In this document: positions 19,154 to 31,755 of the stretch, piece by piece
Layout of the letters: each line of letters opens with the position of its first letter
How positions within the stretch are numbered: position 1 is the stretch's first letter
NCBI GenBank assembly: GCA_963816355.1
Contig: CAWFKH010000003.1
Coordinates: forward strand, 832,001-896,000
DNA from: an uncultured Gemmatimonadales bacterium
GTDB taxonomy: Bacteria; Gemmatimonadota; Gemmatimonadetes; Longimicrobiales; RSA9
Direction of reading: 5' to 3'
Length of the DNA stretch: 64,000 nt
Program-made: the position numbers and the translations under genes
The notes under the pieces: generated by a model
Told to the model about the DNA's origin: nothing
Seen by the model: only the letters and a program-made list of their open reading frames with translations
Database searches by the model: none

Positions 19154-19504
19154 GAAGACTTCGTGCGGCTATTCGCCGTTTTCGGCTTCATCGCGCTGCT
19201 GCGGCGGGCGGGGCGCGCGGCGGTCGCGGTGCTCCGGCGCGGCGTCGACTCCTTCCTCTCACGCGAGACCGCGGATGTGCGCGCCCGGCGCGGTGACCTC
19301 ACCGGCCTCGCGGAGGCGGAGGAGACGAGCCGCCGGGCGCGCGGCGCTCGCCTGCGCGCCGGCGGCGCGCTGCTCTTCTGGCTCGCGCTGCTCGCGATAC
19401 CTCCCCTGATTGACATGGCCACGACGATCTACGCCGTTTGCGCGATGCTCTGGCTCGCCCCGCCGCTGCGCCTCCGGGGCGGCCGGCCCGGGTCGGCCGA
19501 TTGA
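19151..19504 (+). CDS. Hypothetical membrane protein
   Basis: 117 aa with hydrophobic segments; stop overlaps the rnz ATG (TGATG). Confidence 0.6.
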   Translation: MEDFVRLFAVFGFIALLRRAGRAAVAVLRRGVDSFLSRETADVRARRGDLTGLAEAEETSRRARGARLRAGGALLFWLALLAIPPLIDMATTIYAVCAMLWLAPPLRLRGGRPGSAD

Positions 19505-20421
19505 TGCGGCTCACATTCCTCGGCACGGCGGCGAGCCGGCCGACGGTGGGGCGCAACGTGAGCGCGCTCGTCCTCAACCGCGAAGGGGAGCTCCTTCTCT
19601 TCGACTGCGGCGAGGGGACGCAGCGGCAGATGATGCGCTACGGAACGGGCTTCTCCGTTCACGACATCTTCTTCACGCACCTGCACGCGGACCACTTTCT
19701 CGGCGTGATCGGGCTGCTCCGCACGATGGGCCTGCAGGGCCGCGAGGAGGTGATGCGCCTGTGGGCGCCGGAGGGCGGGGCGCGCATCCTTCGCGAAGCG
19801 GTTCACCTGGGCGTCGAGCGCGTTCCGTTCGGCATCGAGATCTTCGAGCTGCGGCCCGGAGAGAAGGTCGAGCGCGCGGAATACGACATCGTCCCCTACG
19901 CCACACGGCACGGCGGCGGCTCGATCGGCTTCGCCCTCGTCGAGCACGAGCGCCTCGGCCGCTTCCACCCCGAGCGCGCCCGCGAGCTCGGCGTCCCCGA
20001 GGGTCCCGCCTGGGGCCGGCTGCATCGCGGTGAGCCGGTCGTCGTGGGGGAGCGGACCGTCCGACCGGAGGACGTCGTCGGCCCCTCGCGCCGCGGCCGC
20101 CGCGTCGTATACACCGGCGACACCCGCCCCTGCGCGGAGACGGTCGAGGCCGCCGCGGGCGCCGACCTGCTCGTCCACGACGCCACCTTCGCCGACGAAG
20201 AAGCGCCGCGCGCCCGGGCCACGGGCCATTCCACGGCCCGCGAAGCGGCGAGCGTCGCCCGCCGAGCGCGCGCCGGCCGCCTCGTGCTGACGCACATCTC
20301 GTCGCGCTACGCGGACGATCCGCGCGGCCTCGAGCGCGAGGCGCGAGGCGTATTCCGCCGCACCGTCGTCGCGCACGACGGCATGGAGATCGACATCCCC
20401 TTTCCCGTCGAGCCTTCCTGA
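19504..20421 (+). CDS. rnz: Ribonuclease Z
   Basis: MRLTFLGT, DCGEGTQRQ, THLHADH metallo-beta-lactamase motif, GP exosite, YTGDT, HST, LTHISSRY. Confidence 0.93.
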   Translation: MRLTFLGTAASRPTVGRNVSALVLNREGELLLFDCGEGTQRQMMRYGTGFSVHDIFFTHLHADHFLGVIGLLRTMGLQGREEVMRLWAPEGGARILREAVHLGVERVPFGIEIFELRPGEKVERAEYDIVPYATRHGGGSIGFALVEHERLGRFHPERARELGVPEGPAWGRLHRGEPVVVGERTVRPEDVVGPSRRGRRVVYTGDTRPCAETVEAAAGADLLVHDATFADEEAPRARATGHSTAREAASVARRARAGRLVLTHISSRYADDPRGLEREARGVFRRTVVAHDGMEIDIPFPVEPS

Positions 20422-21689
20422 TGGGTTCCACGGCGACGCGCGTGCCCGGCGACAAGTCGATCTCTCACCGCGCCCTGATCCTCGGCGCGCTCGCGAGCGG
20501 CACGAGCCGCGTGCGCGGCATCCTCACCGGCGACGACGTCCGCTCGACCGCCCGCGTCCTCGCCGGCCTCGGCGTCGCCATCACCACCCTCGATGGCGAC
20601 GAAGTGCGCGTCGAGGGACGCGGCCTGCGCGCCCTCGCGGCGCCCGCGTCGCCACTCGACTGCGGCAACAGCGGAACGACCGCGCGGCTGATGCTGGGCG
20701 TCCTCGCCGCGCAGCCGATCGACGCGATCCTCACCGGTGACGCCTCGCTGCGGAGCCGGCCGATGCGGCGCGTGACGACGCCGCTCGCCGCGATGGGCGC
20801 GAGCTACGAGGAGCTCGGCGAGGGGGACCGCCTCCCGATCCGGATCCGCGGCGCAGCCCTGCGGGCGCGCGACTACGCGAGTCCGCGCGCCAGCGCACAG
20901 GTGAAGAGCGCGCTCCTCCTCGCCGGGGCGTGCGCGGGAGTGGAGGTGGGCGTGCGCGAGCCGGTCCGCTCCCGCGACCATACCGAGCGCATGCTGGCGG
21001 CGCTCGGCGCGCGCATCGACCGCGGGCCGGAATGGATCCGCCTGCTTCCACCCGAGCGCCTCGATCCGCTCGACATCGACGTGCCGGGCGACTTCTCTTC
21101 CGCCGCGTTCCTGCTCGCGCTCGCGTTGCTGCGCGGCGTGCCGCTCCGCGTCGAAGCGGTCGGCGTCAACCCGACCCGCACCGGTCTGCTCGGCGTTCTC
21201 GCGCGCATGGGCGCCCGCGTCGCCACCGAGCGCCCGGCGGCCTACGCCGGCGAGCCGGTGGCCGACCTCGTCGTCCAGCCCGCCTCGCTGCGCGCCACCA
21301 CCGTGACGGGCAACGACATCCCCGCCCTCGTCGACGAGGTCCCGATCCTCGCCATTCTCGCCGCCCGAGCGGAGGGAGAGACCCGCATCACCGGGGCGGC
21401 GGAGCTGCGCGTCAAGGAGTCGGACCGCCTCGCGGTGCTCGCCGCGGGTCTGCGGCGCGTGGGCGTCGCGGCGGAGGAGCTGGAGGATGGCCTCGTCGTG
21501 GTCGGCACGGACGCGCCGCTGCGCGGGCGCGTCGAGACGCACGCGGATCACCGCATCGCGATGGCCTTCGGCGTCCTCGGCGCCTCGCCCGGCTGCGAGA
21601 TCGCCGTCGACGATCCCGCCGCCGCAGCCGTGAGCTACCCCGGCTTCTGGGATCGGCTGGCGGTGCTGGGCGCGGCGGCGGGACGGTGA
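20421..21689 (+). CDS. aroA: EPSP synthase
   Basis: PGDKSISHR, DCGNSGT, SAQVKSA, PGDFSSA, ELRVKESDR, DHRIAMAF. Confidence 0.95.
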   Translation: MGSTATRVPGDKSISHRALILGALASGTSRVRGILTGDDVRSTARVLAGLGVAITTLDGDEVRVEGRGLRALAAPASPLDCGNSGTTARLMLGVLAAQPIDAILTGDASLRSRPMRRVTTPLAAMGASYEELGEGDRLPIRIRGAALRARDYASPRASAQVKSALLLAGACAGVEVGVREPVRSRDHTERMLAALGARIDRGPEWIRLLPPERLDPLDIDVPGDFSSAAFLLALALLRGVPLRVEAVGVNPTRTGLLGVLARMGARVATERPAAYAGEPVADLVVQPASLRATTVTGNDIPALVDEVPILAILAARAEGETRITGAAELRVKESDRLAVLAAGLRRVGVAAEELEDGLVVVGTDAPLRGRVETHADHRIAMAFGVLGASPGCEIAVDDPAAAAVSYPGFWDRLAVLGAAAGR

Positions 21690-21747
21690 CGGCGGCGGCG
21701 GCGGCCCGAGCGGGATCGGCGGCGCCGGGTGCCGCGGGCGTGGCTCC

Positions 21748-22416
21748 ATGATCGTCGCGATCGACGGGCCCGCCGGCTCCGGCAAGAGCTCCACCGCGCG
21801 CGCGGTCGCCCGACGCCTCGGCTTCCACCACCTCGATTCCGGCGCCCTCTACCGCGCCGCCACGTGGGCGGCGCTGCAGCACGGCGTGCCCGAGAGGGAG
21901 TGGGACGAGCTCGACGGCGCGACTCTCGACCGATTCGAACTGCGCGCCGCTTTCGTCGGCGACGCCGTGCGCGTGTGGTGCGGCGAGCGCGAGATCACGC
22001 GAGAGATCCGCGCTCCCGATGTCACCGCCCACGTCTCGGGCGTCGCCGCGATCGCCGCCGTCCGCGACTGGGTCAACGCGCGGCTGCGCGCCATCGCCGC
22101 TTCGACCGACGTCGTCACCGAGGGCCGCGACATCGGCACGGTCGTCTTTCCCGACGCGGACCTGAAGGTCTTTCTCGTCGCGGACCCGGAGGCGCGCGCG
22201 CGGCGGCGGCTGCGCGAGCACGGCGTGGATTCGCCGACTCCCGCCGAGCTGCGCGCCGAGATCGGCCGCCTCGCCACGCGCGACCGTCTCGACTCCGAGC
22301 GCGCCGTCGCGCCGCTTCGCCGCCCCCGGGACGCCGTGGTCGTGGACACCACGCGGCTCGGCTTCGAGGAGCAGGTCGAGCGCATTGTACGGCTGGCGCG
22401 GGAGAAGGCGTCCTGA
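21748..22416 (+). CDS. cmk: Cytidylate kinase
   Basis: IAIDGPAGSGKSS-type P-loop, LDSGALYR, EGRDIGTVVFPDA; aroA-cmk-rpsA synteny. Confidence 0.95.
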   Translation: MIVAIDGPAGSGKSSTARAVARRLGFHHLDSGALYRAATWAALQHGVPEREWDELDGATLDRFELRAAFVGDAVRVWCGEREITREIRAPDVTAHVSGVAAIAAVRDWVNARLRAIAASTDVVTEGRDIGTVVFPDADLKVFLVADPEARARRRLREHGVDSPTPAELRAEIGRLATRDRLDSERAVAPLRRPRDAVVVDTTRLGFEEQVERIVRLAREKAS

Positions 22417-22546
22417 TACCATTATGGGTTCCCCTCGCGACGTCGCGGGGGGCGTTCATTCGCGGGCGCGCGACGCTCGCGGAACATTCACTCAACCGGT
22501 CGTCGGCCACGGGGGTCGGCGGCGCGAAGCGGAGGAACTCCAGCCC

Positions 22547-24671
22547 ATGGCGGAAAGCCAGATCGAGCAGCAGAAGGAGCAGGTCGAAGCGCTGAACACG
22601 ATGGCGACGACCGAGCTGACGCAGGAGGAGCTCGCGGAGCAGGCGCGCGAGGTTGGCGTGCGGGCGGACCTCTACGACGAGGAGTACTCCCCGGAGGAGT
22701 ACCAGGCGATGCTCGAGATGTACGAGGGCACGCTGACCAACGTCGAGGAGGGGCAGATCGTCAAGGCGCACGTGCTGCGCGTGACGGACAACGCGGTGAT
22801 CCTCGACGTCGGCTTCAAGAGCGAAGGCGCGGTGCCGCGCGACGAGTTCAAGAATCCGGACGAGCTGAGCGCGGGCGACGAGGTCGAGGTTTTCCTGGAG
22901 GCGCTGGAGGACGACGAGGGCGTCGTCGTCCTTTCGAAGAAGAAGGCGGATTTCCTGCGCGTGTGGGAGAAGATCAAGGCCGCCCACGAAGAGGACGACG
23001 TGGTGCCGGGCACGCTCATGCGCAAGATCAAGGGCGGCGTGACGGTGGATCTGATGGGCGTGGACGCGTTCCTACCGGGATCGCAGATCGCGCTGCGTCG
23101 CGTACCGAACATCGAGGACCTGATCGGCCAGACGTACGATTTCAAGATCATCAAGCTGAACAAGCGCCGCCGCAACATCGTGGTGAGCCGGCGCGTGATC
23201 CTCGAGGGCGAGCGGGAGAAGAAGCGGGAGCAGTTGGTGAAGGAGCTGCTGGTCGGTCAGGTGCGCAAGGGGATCGTGAAGAACGTGACCGACTTCGGCG
23301 CCTTCATCGACCTCGGCGGCATGGACGGCCTGCTGCACATCACCGACATGAGCTGGGGCCGTGTCGGTCATCCCTCCGAGGTCGTGTCGATCGGTGACGA
23401 GCTGGACGTGAAGGTGCTCGACATCGACTGGGACCGCGAGCGCATCTCGCTGGGGCTGAAGCAGCTTCTGCCCTATCCGTGGAAGGACATCGAGCGCAAG
23501 TACCCGGTCGGCTCGCGCGTGCGCGGCCGCGTCGTCTCGATCACGAACTACGGCGCTTTCGTCGAGCTCGAGAAGGGCGTCGAGGGCCTCGTCCACGTCT
23601 CCGAGATGTCGTGGACGCGCAACGTCCGCCATCCGTCGCAGATGGTGGCGATCGGCGACGAGATCGAGGCGGTCGTCCTCAGCGTGGACCGGGACGAGGA
23701 GAAGATCTCCCTCGGCATGAAGCAGACGGAGGAGGACCCGTGGCTCGCGCTGCCGGTGAAGTATCCCACCGGCACCCGCGTCAACGGGAAGGTCCGCAAC
23801 CTCACCTCGTTCGGCGCGTTCGTCGAGATCGAGCCGGGCATCGACGGCCTCATCCACATCTCCGACATGAGCTGGACGCGCCGCGTGCAGCACCCCTCCG
23901 AAGTCCTGCGCAAGGGAGAGGACGTCGAGGTGGTGGTGCTGGGCGTCGACGCGGAGAACAAGCGGATCTCGCTCGGGCTGAAGCAGACGCAGGAAGACCC
24001 GTGGTACCACCTCGTCAAGGAATACGCGCCCGGTGTCGACGCGGAGGGCACCATCGTGCGCGTGCTGGACGACGGCGTCGTCGTCGATCTCGGCGACGAG
24101 GTCGAGGGCTTCGTACCGGCGAGCCAGCTCGGCGCCGATGGCAAGGCGCCCGCCGATCGCTTCGGCGAGGGCATGAGCCTCAAGATGCGCGTCATCGAGT
24201 CCGACGCGGTCAACCGCCGTATCGTGCTCACGCTGACGGAGATGCCCGAGGGGCTCCCGGAGCCGCGCGCCGAGGCAGCCGAGCAATCAGCGGAGGCGGA
24301 AGCCGAAGCGCCGGCCGAGGAGGCTGAAGCAGAGGCAGAGCCTTCGGTGGCGGAGGCGGAAGCCGAAGCGCCGGCCGAGGAGGCGGAAGCGGAGGCCGAG
24401 CCCGCGGTAGCGGAGGCGGAAGCCGAAGCGCCGGCCGAGGAGGCGGAAGCGGAGGCCGAGCCCGTGGTGGCGGAGGCGGAGGCCGAAGCGCCGCCCGAGG
24501 AGGCCGAAGCGGAGGCCGAGCCCGCGGTGGTGGAGGCGGAGGCCGAAGCGCCGGCCGCGTGAAGCCGAAGCGAAGGCCGAGCCCGCGGTGGCGGAGGCGG
24601 AGGCCGAAGCGCCGGCCGAGGAGGCCGAAGCGGAGCCCGAGGAGGAGGGGGAGCGACAGCCCTCGACTTGA
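22547..24671 (+). CDS. rpsA: 30S ribosomal protein S1 with a repetitive acidic C-terminal tail; apparent +1 frameshift at ~24559 (as read, stops at 24562)
   Basis: ATG after GGAGG; multiple S1 domains ([22 protein letters not shown] and similar). The repeat peptide continues in the shifted frame to TGA 24669-24671, which is followed by a terminator. Confidence 0.92.
24290..24640 (+). repeat. 60-bp coding tandem repeat, about 5.8 copies ([22 protein letters not shown])
   Basis: Successive 60-nt lines from 24301 are near-identical; the fifth unit is 61 nt. Confidence 0.95.
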
Positions 24672-24692
24672 CGGGCGAGGACGGCTGGAGCG

Positions 24693-24729
24693 GGGACGGG
24701 GCGCGGCGAGGCCGTGCCCCGTCCCTTTT
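24693..24729 (+). terminator. Intrinsic terminator after rpsA
   Basis: GGGACGGGGCGCGGC-GAG-GCCGTGCCCCGTCCC stem-loop followed by TTTT. Confidence 0.8.
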
Positions 24730-24825
24730 GTCGCCCGGATCGCCCGGGTATCTTGCCGAGCTTGCCGGAGGGAGCGTGCCGGAGGGCGCGGAGGCGGAAA
24801 CGGGACGGCGGAGGACGTCAGGACG

Positions 24826-26376
<1,551 letters not shown>

Positions 26377-26386
26377 GGCGCCGCCG

Positions 26387-27871
26387 GTGCTGAAGAAGGT
26401 GCTGATCGCGAACCGCGGCGAGATCGCGCTGCGGATCGTGCGCGCGTGCCACGAGCTCGGCGCCGATGCGGTCGCGGTCTACTCCGACGCGGACCGCCTC
26501 TCGCCCCACGTCCGTGAAGCCGACGAGGCGTACCGCATCGGCCCGCCGCCCTCCGCCGAGAGCTACCTGCGCGCCGACCGCCTGATCGAGACCGCCGTGC
26601 GCGCGGGGTGCGACGGTGTGCACCCCGGCTACGGCTTCCTCGCCGAGCGCGCCGCGTTCGCGGAGGCGGTCGAAGCCGCGGGGCTCGTCTTCATCGGGCC
26701 GCCCGCGGCGGCGATCGGCGCCATGGGCGACAAGACCGAAGCACGCCGCCGCATGATCGAGGCGGGCGTGCCGGTCGTGCCGGGGACGGCGGAGCCGCTG
26801 CGCGACGCCGAGCACGCGACGTCCGTCGCCGGCGACGTCGGCTATCCGGTCATGCTCAAGGCGGCGGCGGGCGGCGGCGGCAAGGGGATGCGCGTGGTGC
26901 GCGAGGCCGCCGAGATCGGCCGCGCCCTCGACGCGGCGCGGCGCGAGGCGCGCTCCGCCTTCGGCGACGACAGCGTCTATCTGGAGAAGTTCCTCAGCGG
27001 CCCCCGTCACATCGAGATCCAGGTGCTCGCGGACGCGCACGGCCGCACGCTCAGCCTCGGCGAGCGCGAGTGCTCGATCCAGCGGCGGCACCAGAAGATG
27101 GTCGAGGAAGCGCCGTCGGCCGTGCTCACGCCGGAGCTGCGCCGGCGCATGGGCGAGGCGGCGGTGGCGGCCGCCGTCGCGGTGGGCTATCGCAACGCGG
27201 GCACGGTCGAGTTCCTCTACGAGGCGGGCGACTTCTTCTTCCTCGAGATGAACACGCGGCTGCAGGTGGAGCACCCCGTGACGGAGCTGGTCACGGGCCT
27301 CGACCTGGTGCAGTGGCAGATCCGCATCGCGGCGGGCGAAGCGCTGCCGATCGCGCAGGAAGACGTGGCGCTGCACGGCCACGCGGTCGAGTGCCGTATC
27401 ACGAGCGAGGATCCGTGGAACGGTTTCCTCCCCTCGACCGGCCACATCACGGAGCTGGAGCTGCCCGCGGGCCCCGGCATCCGCTGGGACGGCGGCATCC
27501 TCGCCGGCGCGGACGTCGCGCTCCACTACGACCCGCTGCTCGGCAAGCTGATCGCCTACGGCGAGGACCGCGCGCGCGCCATCGAGCGGATGGAGCGGGC
27601 GCTCGGCGAGCTGCGCGTCGCCGGCGTCGAGACGAGCGCACCGTTCCTGCGCCGCGTCATGCGCGAGGCGGACTTTCGCGCGGGCGACCTCGACATCCAC
27701 TACATCGACCGCCATCCGGGGCTTCTCGAGGCGACGCTCGACGACGAGGCGTGGCGCGCCGCCGCCGCCGCCGCCGCGCTCCTCGAGGACGCCGAGCGCC
27801 GGCGCCGCGTGGTGCGGCGCATCGAGCCCGGGGAGGGCGGCGGCTGGCACCGGCGCGGCTGGCGAACGTGA
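26387..27871 (+). CDS. Biotin carboxylase subunit (AccC/PccA-like, no biotinyl domain)
   Basis: KKVLIANRGEIA, HPGYGFLAE, GGGGKGMR, ERECSIQRRHQK, EMNTRLQVEHPVTE. Confidence 0.93.
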   Translation: MLKKVLIANRGEIALRIVRACHELGADAVAVYSDADRLSPHVREADEAYRIGPPPSAESYLRADRLIETAVRAGCDGVHPGYGFLAERAAFAEAVEAAGLVFIGPPAAAIGAMGDKTEARRRMIEAGVPVVPGTAEPLRDAEHATSVAGDVGYPVMLKAAAGGGGKGMRVVREAAEIGRALDAARREARSAFGDDSVYLEKFLSGPRHIEIQVLADAHGRTLSLGERECSIQRRHQKMVEEAPSAVLTPELRRRMGEAAVAAAVAVGYRNAGTVEFLYEAGDFFFLEMNTRLQVEHPVTELVTGLDLVQWQIRIAAGEALPIAQEDVALHGHAVECRITSEDPWNGFLPSTGHITELELPAGPGIRWDGGILAGADVALHYDPLLGKLIAYGEDRARAIERMERALGELRVAGVETSAPFLRRVMREADFRAGDLDIHYIDRHPGLLEATLDDEAWRAAAAAAALLEDAERRRRVVRRIEPGEGGGWHRRGWRT

Positions 27872-29169
27872 ACGGCCCGGCGGAAGGCGCGGCCGGGATC
27901 GAGATCACCGGCATCGCGGCGGGCGGCGCGGGCGTCGGCCGGCTCGCCGATGGACGCGTCGTCTTCGTCCACCGCACGGCGCCCGGCGACCTCGTACGTG
28001 TGCGGACGGTCCGCTCCAGGCGGAGCTGGGCGGAGGCGGAGCTCGTCGAGGTGTTGCGAGCGGGGCCGGGGCGCCGCGAGCCGCCGTGCCCGCACTACGG
28101 CCGCTGTGGCGGCTGCACCCTCGAGCACCTCGCCTATGCCGCGCAGCTCGACGCCAAGGCGACCATCGTCCGCGACGCGCTGCAACGCATCGGCGGCATC
28201 GATCGGCCGCCGCCCGAGGTGGTCGCCTCGCCGCGCGAGCTGCGCTACCGCAACCGCGTCTCCTTCACGCTGCTGCGGCTACGAGGGGGCCGCGTGGTGG
28301 CCGGCTTCCACGAGATCGGCCGCCCCGACCGCGTCGTGGACGTCGAGGGGCGCTGCCTCCTGCCCGAGGCGGCGCTCACCCGCGTCTGGGACGCGCTGCG
28401 CGCCGCGTGGGGGCCGGCCGCCGGCCGTCTCCCCGCCGGCCGCCGCCTCCGCCTCACGCTGCGCGTGGCGGCGGCGGGAGAGGCCGCGCTGCTGGTGGAG
28501 GGCGGCGCGCGCGGGGGCGAGAACGCCGAGGGTGCGACCGCGTTGCTGCGCGACGTACCCGGCCTCGCCGCGGTGTGGATCCGCGCCGCCGCGCACGCGC
28601 CGGCGACCCGCCTGGCCGGCGAGGAGCGGCTCACCGAGGCGTGGAACGACGAGGAGCTCGCCCTCAGCGGCGGCGTCTTCCTGCAGGTAAACCGGGAAGC
28701 GGCGGCTCTCCTCGAGGCGCATGTCGTGCATGCGGCGGGTACGGTGGACGGCGCGCGCGTCGTGGACGCCTACTGCGGCGTCGGCCTCCACGCGCGCCGG
28801 TTCGAGCGGCTGGGCGCCCGGGTCGTGGGAGTGGAGCGAGATCCCGTGGCGGTCGCGGAAGCGCGCCGCGGCGCGCCCGGCGCGACGTTCCTGGAGGGCG
28901 CCGTCGAGGAGCGGCTGGCGGAGACGCTGCCCGCCGACGTCGTCGTGCTCAATCCGCCGCGCGCGGGTCTGCACGAGAGGGTGCCGGAGGCGCTGCGGCG
29001 CACGCCACCGCGCCGCCTCGTCTACGTGAGCTGCGATCCGGCGACGCTGGCGCGCGACCTCGCCCGCCTGGCGCCCGCGTTCTCGCTGCGGTCGCTGCGC
29101 TGCTTCGACCTCTTTCCCCAGACGGCCCACGTGGAGACGGTCGCGGAGCTGACATGCGCTACTTCGTGA
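27868..29169 (+). CDS. RlmD/TrmA-family RNA m5U methyltransferase
   Basis: TRAM-like N-terminus, CPHYGRCGGC cluster motif, FLQVN, DAYCGVG, NPPRAG, YVSCDPATLARD, FDLFPQTAHVE. Confidence 0.88.
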   Translation: MNGPAEGAAGIEITGIAAGGAGVGRLADGRVVFVHRTAPGDLVRVRTVRSRRSWAEAELVEVLRAGPGRREPPCPHYGRCGGCTLEHLAYAAQLDAKATIVRDALQRIGGIDRPPPEVVASPRELRYRNRVSFTLLRLRGGRVVAGFHEIGRPDRVVDVEGRCLLPEAALTRVWDALRAAWGPAAGRLPAGRRLRLTLRVAAAGEAALLVEGGARGGENAEGATALLRDVPGLAAVWIRAAAHAPATRLAGEERLTEAWNDEELALSGGVFLQVNREAAALLEAHVVHAAGTVDGARVVDAYCGVGLHARRFERLGARVVGVERDPVAVAEARRGAPGATFLEGAVEERLAETLPADVVVLNPPRAGLHERVPEALRRTPPRRLVYVSCDPATLARDLARLAPAFSLRSLRCFDLFPQTAHVETVAELTCATS

Positions 29170-29660
29170 GCTTCGGCGAGAGGACGCTCGAGGTCGACGT
29201 GGAGGGCGACGTCGTCCGTGTCGACGGCGTCGAGCTGAGCGCAGACCTCGCGGCACTGCCGGGCAGCGAGCTGCGCAGCCTGCTCGTGGACGGCCGCTCC
29301 TACCTCGTGCAGGCGGCGCGCGAGGAGCGGCGAGGAGCGTGGCGTCTCCGCATCGACGGCGTCCCTCTGGAGGCCGACGTCGCGGACGAGCGCACCCGCG
29401 CCATCCGCTCCCTCACCGGCGGCGCGGCCGGCGAGCGTGGTCCGCGGCCGGTGCGCGCACCGATGCCCGGCCTCGTCATCCGCATCGAGGTCGAAGTGGG
29501 CGATCGCGTGGCGGCCGGCGACGGCGTGGCGATCATCGAGGCGATGAAGATGGAGAACGAGCTGAAGGCGGAGAGCACCGGGCGCGTCGCACGGATCCAC
29601 GTGAGCGCGGGCGACGCCGTCGAAAAGGGCGCGCTGCTCGTCGAGCTCGAGGCCGAGTAG
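29154..29660 (+). CDS. Biotin carboxyl carrier protein
   Basis: APMPG...EAMKMENE biotinylation motif. Confidence 0.92.
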   Translation: MRYFVSFGERTLEVDVEGDVVRVDGVELSADLAALPGSELRSLLVDGRSYLVQAAREERRGAWRLRIDGVPLEADVADERTRAIRSLTGGAAGERGPRPVRAPMPGLVIRIEVEVGDRVAAGDGVAIIEAMKMENELKAESTGRVARIHVSAGDAVEKGALLVELEAE

Positions 29661-29675
29661 GAGGAGGGAGAGGTC

Positions 29676-31310
<1,635 letters not shown>

Positions 31311-31337
31311 GCGTCACGTTCCGACCGGCTGAGCACG

Positions 31338-31754
31338 ATGCCCACGTACGAGTACCGCTGCCCGAACGGGCACGAGTTCGAGAAGTTCCAGCGCATGAGC
31401 GACCCGCCGGAGGCGGAGTGCCCGGAGTGCGGCGAGATCGCATCCCGCCAGCTCTCCGGTGGCGCCGGCCTCCTGTTCAAAGGCTCCGGCTTCTACATCA
31501 CGGACTACCGCAGCGAGGGCTACCGCAAGCAGGCGGAGAAGGAACGCTCCGCCGGCAAGGAAGGCGGGGCGGGGAAGGGAGGCGCCGAGGGCAAGGGTGG
31601 CGCCGAGGGAGGCTCGAAGGACGGGGCGGGGGGCGCGAAGGCCGCGGACGGCGGCGCCTCCGGCACGGGCGGGGCCGCCGCAGCGGGAGGGGCGTCTTCC
31701 TCGAGCTCTTCATCCGGGCGCGCGCCGGGCTCGAAGCGGAAGTCCTCGGACTGA
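31338..31754 (+). CDS. FmdB-family zinc-ribbon protein with Gly/Ala/Ser-rich tail
   Basis: MPTYEYRC..GH.FE...C..CG...FKGSGFYITDY. Confidence 0.88.
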   Translation: MPTYEYRCPNGHEFEKFQRMSDPPEAECPECGEIASRQLSGGAGLLFKGSGFYITDYRSEGYRKQAEKERSAGKEGGAGKGGAEGKGGAEGGSKDGAGGAKAADGGASGTGGAAAAGGASSSSSSSGRAPGSKRKSSD

Positions 31755-31755
31755 C

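Noticed and set aside
16360..19422. Long antisense ORFs (also 47344..50802, 23548..26358, 44881..47193 and others)
   Set aside because: Shadow frames of well-supported plus-strand genes, expected in high-GC DNA; no recognisable motifs.
21686..21750. Possible longer cmk starting at GTG 21686 with a one-base error
   Set aside because: ATG 21748 already gives a complete Cmk and the extension is low-complexity; not decidable from sequence.
24557..24565. TGA in rpsA as a selenocysteine codon, given selB nearby
   Set aside because: In-frame read-through does not continue the repeat peptide; a one-base shift does.
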